Notes under the pieces: generated by a model
Told to the model about the DNA's origin: nothing
Seen by the model: only the letters and a program-made list of their open reading frames with translations
The model's database searches: none
Translations under genes and position numbers: made by a program
Part shown: positions 26,999 through 32,000 of the stretch, one piece after another
Position numbering within the stretch: position 1 is the stretch's first letter
How the letters are laid out: each line of letters opens with the position of its first letter
Assembly: GCF_000189295.2 (NCBI RefSeq)
Contig: NC_016803.1
Span: 2,790,001-2,822,000, forward strand
Reading direction: 5' to 3'
Length of the DNA: 32,000 nt
DNA from: Pseudodesulfovibrio mercurii
GTDB taxonomy: Bacteria > Desulfobacterota > Desulfovibrionia > Desulfovibrionales > Desulfovibrionaceae

Positions 26999-29179
26999 GT
27001 GCGCACGACGTCCACATCCATCTTCTTCAAACTGACCATGGCCACCGTCGTCCTGGTCGGGCTCTATCTGGCCAGCCTGAAGAACTACCTGCTCTTCCAC
27101 ACCATGGTCGAGATGTTCTCCATCGTGGTGGCCTTCGGCATCTTCACCATCGGCTGGAACTCGCGCCAGGTGATCAAGAGCAACTACCTGCTCTTCCTGG
27201 CCATCGCCTACCTGTTCGTGGCCTTCCTCGACCTCCTGCACACCCTGTCCTACAAGGGCATGGGCATCTTCACGGACTACGACTACTACGCCAACCAGGT
27301 GTGGATCGCCACGCGCTACATGGAGAGCCTCTCCCTGCTGGCCGCGTTCTGGTTCCTGAGGGAGAGCCGGACCGTGAACGCGGTCCGGGTGTTCTCGGCC
27401 TATTTCGCGTTCACGGCCGTGATCGTGGCCGCAATCTTCTGGTGGAAGGTCTTCCCGGTCTGCTTTGTGGACGGGGTCGGCCTGACCCCGTTCAAGAAGA
27501 TCAGCGAATACGTCATCTGCCTGATCCTCGCGGCGGCGGGCTGGCTGCTCTTCCGCACGCGCGACCGGTTCGACCCGGTGGTCTTCCGCTGGCTGGTCTG
27601 GTCCCTGGGGTGCACCATCCTCTCGGAGCTGGCCTTCACCGTGTACATCAGCAACTACGGTTTCTCGAACCTGGTGGGCCACTACTTCAAGCTCTTCTCC
27701 TTCTATTTCATCTACCGTGCCCTGGTGGCCACGGGCATCACCGCGCCCCACGCGGTCCTGTTCCGGGCCCTGCAGGATTCCGAGACCAAGTTCCGGGGGC
27801 TGGTGGAGAGCTCGCGGGACCTCATCTGGGAGGTGGACGAGGAGCTGCGCTACACCTACGTCAGCCCGCGGGCCCGGGCCATCCTCGGCTACGCGCCGGA
27901 GGACATGCTCGGCAGGCGGCCCTTCGACTTCATGCCCGAGGACCAGGCCGCCGGCGCGGGCGAGGCCTTCCGCCGGGCCGCCGAGAGCGCGGCCCCGCTT
28001 CTGCGCGAGAGCGTCTTCCTGGACGGCCGGGGGCGGGAGGTGGTCATGGAGACGCGCGGCGTGCCCATTCCGGCCCCGGACGGCCGGACCGGGGGCTACC
28101 GGGGCGTGGACCGGGACGTGACCGCGCGCAAGCGGCACGAGCTTGAGCTCAGACAGCTCCAGCGGGCCGTGGAGAGTAGCCCCATCGGTATCGTCGTGAC
28201 CTCCGCCGGGGGGGCCGTCGAGTACGCCAACACGGCCTTCTACCAGGGCCGGGGGATCATCGGGGTGGACGCCCTGGGCCGCGACATCGGTCTGTTCCTG
28301 GGCGACGACCCGGACGGCCCCGCCGTGCGCGAGGCCCGCGAGGCCCTCGGCCAGGGGCGGGTCTGGCAGGGGGACGTGTCCCGGCGCACCGGCAGGGGGG
28401 ACCGGCTGTGGGAGCACGTCACCGTCGCGCCCGTGACCGACCGGCGGGGCGCGCTGGTCAACCACGTGGCCACCTTCGAGGACATCACCGACCGCAAGGA
28501 CCTGGAAAAACTCAAGGAGGACGTGGAGCAGATCATGCGTCACGACCTCAAGAGCCCGCTCAACGGGATCATCGGCATCCCACAGCTGCTCCTGGAGGGC
28601 GGCAACCTGACCGAGCAACAGGAGATGCTGGTCCGGCTCGTCGAGAGCACGGGATACCGCATCCTGCGCATGGTCGATCACTCCCTGGATCTGTTCAAGA
28701 TGGAGACCGGGGTCTACGAATACGTCCCGGCCGAGGTGGACGTGGCCAAGGTGATGCGCACGGTGCTCAACGACCACGCCGGGCTCGCCCGGGCCAGGGG
28801 CGTGACCCTGGACATGTCCACGGAGCGGGCCGAGGACGGGCCGGAGTGCCGCATCCGTTCGGACAAGGACCTGCTCTACCACATGCTCTCCAACCTCATC
28901 GCCAACGCCGTGGACGCCTCGCCCGACGGCGGGACCGTGTCCGTGCGCCTGGAGGGGGTCCCCTGCCGGGTCATCCGCATCCGCAACCGGGGGGCCGTCC
29001 CGGCGGCGATCCGGGGCCGGTTCTTCGAGAAGTACAAGACCTGGGGCAAGAAGCACGGCACCGGCCTGGGCACCTACTCCTCCAAGCTCATGGCCGACGT
29101 CATGGGCTACGGCCTGCACCTCGACACCTCGGACGAGGCCGACAAGACGACCATCTCCATCCTCCTGCCCGAGGCCTGA
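26999..29179 (+). CDS. MASE3-PAS-PAS sensor histidine kinase (no receiver)
   Basis: MASE3-like membrane domain (LLFHTMVEMFSIVVAFGIFTIGWN...LLHTLSYKGMGIF), then PAS modules ending RDVTARK and EDITDRK. H-box IMRHDLKSPLNGI. ATPase boxes NLIANAVDAS and GTGLGTYSSK. Start ambiguous: GTG 26999 (GGAG 4 nt upstream), ATG 27038 or ATG 26942. Confidence 0.82.
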   Translation: MRTTSTSIFFKLTMATVVLVGLYLASLKNYLLFHTMVEMFSIVVAFGIFTIGWNSRQVIKSNYLLFLAIAYLFVAFLDLLHTLSYKGMGIFTDYDYYANQVWIATRYMESLSLLAAFWFLRESRTVNAVRVFSAYFAFTAVIVAAIFWWKVFPVCFVDGVGLTPFKKISEYVICLILAAAGWLLFRTRDRFDPVVFRWLVWSLGCTILSELAFTVYISNYGFSNLVGHYFKLFSFYFIYRALVATGITAPHAVLFRALQDSETKFRGLVESSRDLIWEVDEELRYTYVSPRARAILGYAPEDMLGRRPFDFMPEDQAAGAGEAFRRAAESAAPLLRESVFLDGRGREVVMETRGVPIPAPDGRTGGYRGVDRDVTARKRHELELRQLQRAVESSPIGIVVTSAGGAVEYANTAFYQGRGIIGVDALGRDIGLFLGDDPDGPAVREAREALGQGRVWQGDVSRRTGRGDRLWEHVTVAPVTDRRGALVNHVATFEDITDRKDLEKLKEDVEQIMRHDLKSPLNGIIGIPQLLLEGGNLTEQQEMLVRLVESTGYRILRMVDHSLDLFKMETGVYEYVPAEVDVAKVMRTVLNDHAGLARARGVTLDMSTERAEDGPECRIRSDKDLLYHMLSNLIANAVDASPDGGTVSVRLEGVPCRVIRIRNRGAVPAAIRGRFFEKYKTWGKKHGTGLGTYSSKLMADVMGYGLHLDTSDEADKTTISILLPEA

Positions 29180-29330
29180 TCCCCCGCCCGCCGCCGCGCG
29201 GTTTTTCCGCACGGGCCGTGACAGAACCCGGCCGCGTGCTTATCCTGGAAGACGGGACCGTTCGCGGCCCGGCTTTCGGACCCCGCCCCACCATGCGACG
29301 ACAACCCTCTTGCCAGGAGTGGAGGCAATC

Positions 29331-30440
29331 ATGGCCAATGCATTCGACACGTTCACGCTCAAGGACATCACCCTGAAAAACCGCATCGTGGTGCCGCCCA
29401 TGTGCCAGTACCAGGCCGTGGACGGCATGCCCAACCAGTGGCACGAGGTCCACTATCCGTCCCTGGCCCGGGGCGGGGCGGGCCTGGTCATCGTCGAGGC
29501 CACGGCGGTCTCGCCCGAGGGGCGCATCACCCCGGCCTGCCTGGGCCTGTGGAACGACGCCCAGGCCGAGGCCCTGGCCGGGATCGCGGCGTCCATCAGG
29601 CGGTCCGGGGCCGTGCCCGGCATCCAGATCGGCCACGCGGGCCGCAAGGCGAGCGCCCACGTGCCGTGGCAGGGCGACGACCACATGGCCGAGGACGACC
29701 CCGAGGCCTGGGAGACCATCTCTCCGTCGGCCATTCCCTTCGGGGCCAACCTGCCGCGCGTGCCCAGGGCGATGACTCCGGCGGACATACGGCGCGTCCA
29801 GGCGGACTTCGTCGCGGCCGCGCGCCGCGCCCTGGGTGCCGGGTTCGAGTGGCTGGAGCTGCACTTCGCCCACGGCTACCTGGGACAAAGCTTCCTGTCC
29901 GTGCACGCCAACAAGCGCACCGACGAGTACGGCGGCGACCTGGCCGGGCGCGGCCGGTTCCTGCGCGAGACCGTGGCCGCCGTGCGCGAGGTCTGGCCCG
30001 AGCGGCTGCCCCTGACCGCGCGCCTGGGGGTCATCGAATTCGACGGCCGCGACGAGGCGACCCTGGCGGACGCGGTCAGCCTGACCCGCGACTTCCGCTC
30101 CCTGGGGCTGGACCTGCTCGACGTCAGCCTGGGCTTTTCCACCCCGGACGCGAACATACCCTGGGGCCCGGCCCTGCTGGCGCCCTATGCCCAACGCATC
30201 CGCAACGAGGCGGGCATCCCGGTGTCCTCGGCCTGGAACATCGACACCCCGGAGCTGGTCCGCGACGTCCTGGCCCGCGAGCAGATGGACCTGGTCATGC
30301 TCGGCCACCGGCACCTGGTCAACCCCCACTATCCCTACGAGCTGGCCAGGGCCCTGGGCGTCGAAAACCCGGCCCGGACGACCCTCCCCCCGTCCTATGC
30401 CCACTGGCTGGACCGTTACCGGGCCAGCGACGAGCGGTAG
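29331..30440 (+). CDS. NADH:flavin oxidoreductase, Old Yellow Enzyme family (YqjM/NamA-like)
   Basis: ATG 29331 lies 5 nt after GGAGG. ITLKNRIVVPPMCQYQA, IQIGHAGRKAS, LHFAHGYLGQSFLS and RTDEYGG are OYE signatures. The track start at 29310 is a TTG without an SD. Confidence 0.88.
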   Translation: MANAFDTFTLKDITLKNRIVVPPMCQYQAVDGMPNQWHEVHYPSLARGGAGLVIVEATAVSPEGRITPACLGLWNDAQAEALAGIAASIRRSGAVPGIQIGHAGRKASAHVPWQGDDHMAEDDPEAWETISPSAIPFGANLPRVPRAMTPADIRRVQADFVAAARRALGAGFEWLELHFAHGYLGQSFLSVHANKRTDEYGGDLAGRGRFLRETVAAVREVWPERLPLTARLGVIEFDGRDEATLADAVSLTRDFRSLGLDLLDVSLGFSTPDANIPWGPALLAPYAQRIRNEAGIPVSSAWNIDTPELVRDVLAREQMDLVMLGHRHLVNPHYPYELARALGVENPARTTLPPSYAHWLDRYRASDER

Positions 30441-30468
30441 ACGGTTCGCACGCGACCACGCGGGACAA

Positions 30469-30501
30469 CGCCCCGGAAGCCTCGGCCTCCGGGGCGTTTT
30501 T
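30469..30501 (+). terminator. intrinsic terminator after the OYE gene
   Basis: CGCCCCGGA...TCCGGGGCG, a 9-bp stem (30469-30477 / 30488-30496), followed by T5 (30497-30501). Confidence 0.78.
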
Positions 30502-30658
30502 GCGTCGCGGCCGCCGGGGCGGGGATAGCATGTTACCGTTGCGTTAAAATAATAGCTGAAGACATTTTGTCCGGGTACTGTCGGGACAAATGGCTTCGGT
30601 GAGGGGAACTGGCCTGGAAGGGATCAGTGTACATGAAGTTTTAACGGCAGGAGAGGAA

Positions 30659-32000
30659 ATGCAGTTCAAATCCATCAAGACAAAGATCGTCGTCATGGCG
30701 GGAGGATGTCTCCTGACGACCGTGGTGGTGCTGGTCGGCATCCAGATGTTTTCCCAGTCGCGGTCGGACCGGTTCGTGGGGGAAAAGGTCAACGAACTGA
30801 TCGAGAAGGAAACGAGTCAGAGCCTGATGGCCGTGGCCCAGCGCGAGGCGGGGACCATCAGCCGGAAACTGAACATCAACCTGGATACCGCGAGGACCAT
30901 CGCCGACGCCTTCAATGCGGTCAGGAAGGCCTCGGGCGCGGGGGCTTCGTTCAACCTGCGGACCGCGTTCAACGACATCCTGCTCAGGGTGCTTGAGAAC
31001 AACACGGAATTTCTGGGGGCCTACAGCGCCTGGGAGCCCGAGGCCCTGGACGGGCAGGACGCCCTCCACGCCGGGGACAAGGAGTCGGGCCACGACGCCA
31101 CCGGGCGGTTCGTGCCCTATTGGAACCGCGACGAGAGCGGCCGCATCGCGCGCCAGGCCCTGGTCGGGTACGAGGACGCCTCCAAGCATCCCAACGGGGT
31201 GACCAAGGGCGGCTGGTACCTGTTCCCCCGCGAGCGGGGCAGGGAAAACATTCTCGATCCCTTCCCGTACATCGTTCAGGGCCGCCAGGAGTGGCTGACG
31301 ACCATGTCCGCTCCCATCGTGGCCGACGGGAAGTTCCTGGGCGTGGCCGGCACCGACCTGCGGCTCAAGTTCATCCAGCAGCTGAGCGAGGAGGTGGCCA
31401 AGTCCCTGTACGGCGGCGAGGCCCGCGTGCAGGTCGTCAGCTATCTCGGCATCGTGGTCGCGGACAGCCGTAATCCGGACTCGGTGGGCAGGCCGTTCAA
31501 GGACGTCTACCAGGGCGACTGGAAAAAGATCGTGGACAGCATTCAGGGCAGCAAGTCCTATGCCGACATGACGCCGGGCAGGAAGACCGTCGACGTCAGC
31601 GCCCCCATCGAATTGGGCCGCACCGGGACCCCCTGGGGCATCCTGATCGAGGTGGACCGCAACGTGGTCTTTGCCGAGGCCCGGCACCTGGCCGAGGTCA
31701 TGGCCGAAAATTCGCAAAACAACGTGGTCATCGGCGTGAGCGCGGGCGCGGTCATCGTGCTCCTGGCCTGCCTGGTCCTCTGGTTCCTGGCCAACAGCCT
31801 GGTTGCGCCGGTGCGCAAGGCCGTGGCCTTCGCCGAGAAGATCGCGGGCGGCGACTTCGTGGACAACCGCATCGACGTCAAGCAGAAGGATGAAATCGGC
31901 GTCCTGTCGAGGACCCTGAAGGACATGGCCGACAAGCTCAAGGGCGTGGTCGTGGACGTCAAGTCCGCCTCCGAGAGCGTGGCGTCCGGGAGCACGGAAC
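30659..32000 (+). CDS. methyl-accepting chemotaxis protein with Cache-type periplasmic sensor and HAMP (3' end beyond window)
   Basis: Not in the supplied ORF track because it has no stop in the window. My translation from ATG 30659 (AGGAGAGG upstream): MQFKSIKTKIVVMAGGCLLTTVVVLVGIQMF...GRFVPYWNRDESGRI...GGWYLFPRE...DPFPYIVQGRQEWLTTMSAPIVADGKFLGVAGTDLRL...(TM2) VVIGVSAGAVIVLLACLVLWFL...HAMP DEIGVLSRTLKDMADKL. Open through 31999. Confidence 0.85.
   Translation, partial: MQFKSIKTKIVVMAGGCLLTTVVVLVGIQMFSQSRSDRFVGEKVNELIEKETSQSLMAVAQREAGTISRKLNINLDTARTIADAFNAVRKASGAGASFNLRTAFNDILLRVLENNTEFLGAYSAWEPEALDGQDALHAGDKESGHDATGRFVPYWNRDESGRIARQALVGYEDASKHPNGVTKGGWYLFPRERGRENILDPFPYIVQGRQEWLTTMSAPIVADGKFLGVAGTDLRLKFIQQLSEEVAKSLYGGEARVQVVSYLGIVVADSRNPDSVGRPFKDVYQGDWKKIVDSIQGSKSYADMTPGRKTVDVSAPIELGRTGTPWGILIEVDRNVVFAEARHLAEVMAENSQNNVVIGVSAGAVIVLLACLVLWFLANSLVAPVRKAVAFAEKIAGGDFVDNRIDVKQKDEIGVLSRTLKDMADKLKGVVVDVKSASESVASGSTE

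Noticed and set aside
26841-27037. Longer N-termini for the LuxR-type gene (ATG 26900, or track start 27017) and for the MASE3 kinase (ATG 26942).
   Set aside because: The extensions use A/T-ending codons atypical for this genome (ata aaa aga; att cga cgt gtt ctt agt cta). They would leave under 45 nt, or negative spacing, for two divergent promoters. The starts remain uncertain.
29310-29330. TTG start at 29310 for the OYE gene, as in the ORF track.
   Set aside because: ATG 29331 has GGAGG 5 nt upstream, and the OYE family alignment begins near MANAFDTFTLKD.

Overview
High-GC, gene-dense chromosomal window. Gene content and order point to a Desulfovibrionaceae-type sulfate reducer: selD with an in-frame UGA, rex beside an atpZ-atpI-atpB-atpE F0 operon, a cooA-cooS-cooC CO dehydrogenase locus, and many PAS kinases and chemoreceptors. 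I saw no rRNA, tRNA, CRISPR array, IS transposase, prophage or recognisable defence genes. Left to right: metX (partial)-metW; rocD; a multi-PAS hybrid histidine kinase; selD; rex; the F0 atp operon; an operon of TlpA-like thiol-disulfide oxidoreductase, GNAT, hpt and a zinc-ribbon/DUF3426-like protein; an operon of SBP-like protein, SAM methyltransferase and TerC; cooA, a small divergent ORF, cooS and cooC; a chemoreceptor with two CZB-like modules; an unassigned exported-protein operon next to a polytopic LuxR-type regulator; a MASE3-PAS kinase; an OYE flavin oxidoreductase; and a Cache-type chemoreceptor that runs off the 3' end and is missing from the ORF track. Most interesting items: (1) an exported-protein operon I cannot place in any family (24360-25310, 23450-24376, 22571-23422, perhaps 22006-22380) beside a membrane-embedded LuxR regulator. 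(2) A nested-palindrome repeat family with a 19-nt terminal inverted repeat, present twice; one copy fills the cooS-cooC spacer exactly and appears to supply the cooC Shine-Dalgarno. (3) selD is a selenoprotein gene that the ORF track truncates. (4) A perfect CooA-type palindrome at class-II distance from a -10-like hexamer upstream of cooS. (5) A chemoreceptor with a tandem CZB-like ligand region carrying an exact 39-nt internal duplication. The many long ORFs antisense to these genes are high-GC shadow ORFs. All family assignments come from motif recognition by eye; no searches were run.
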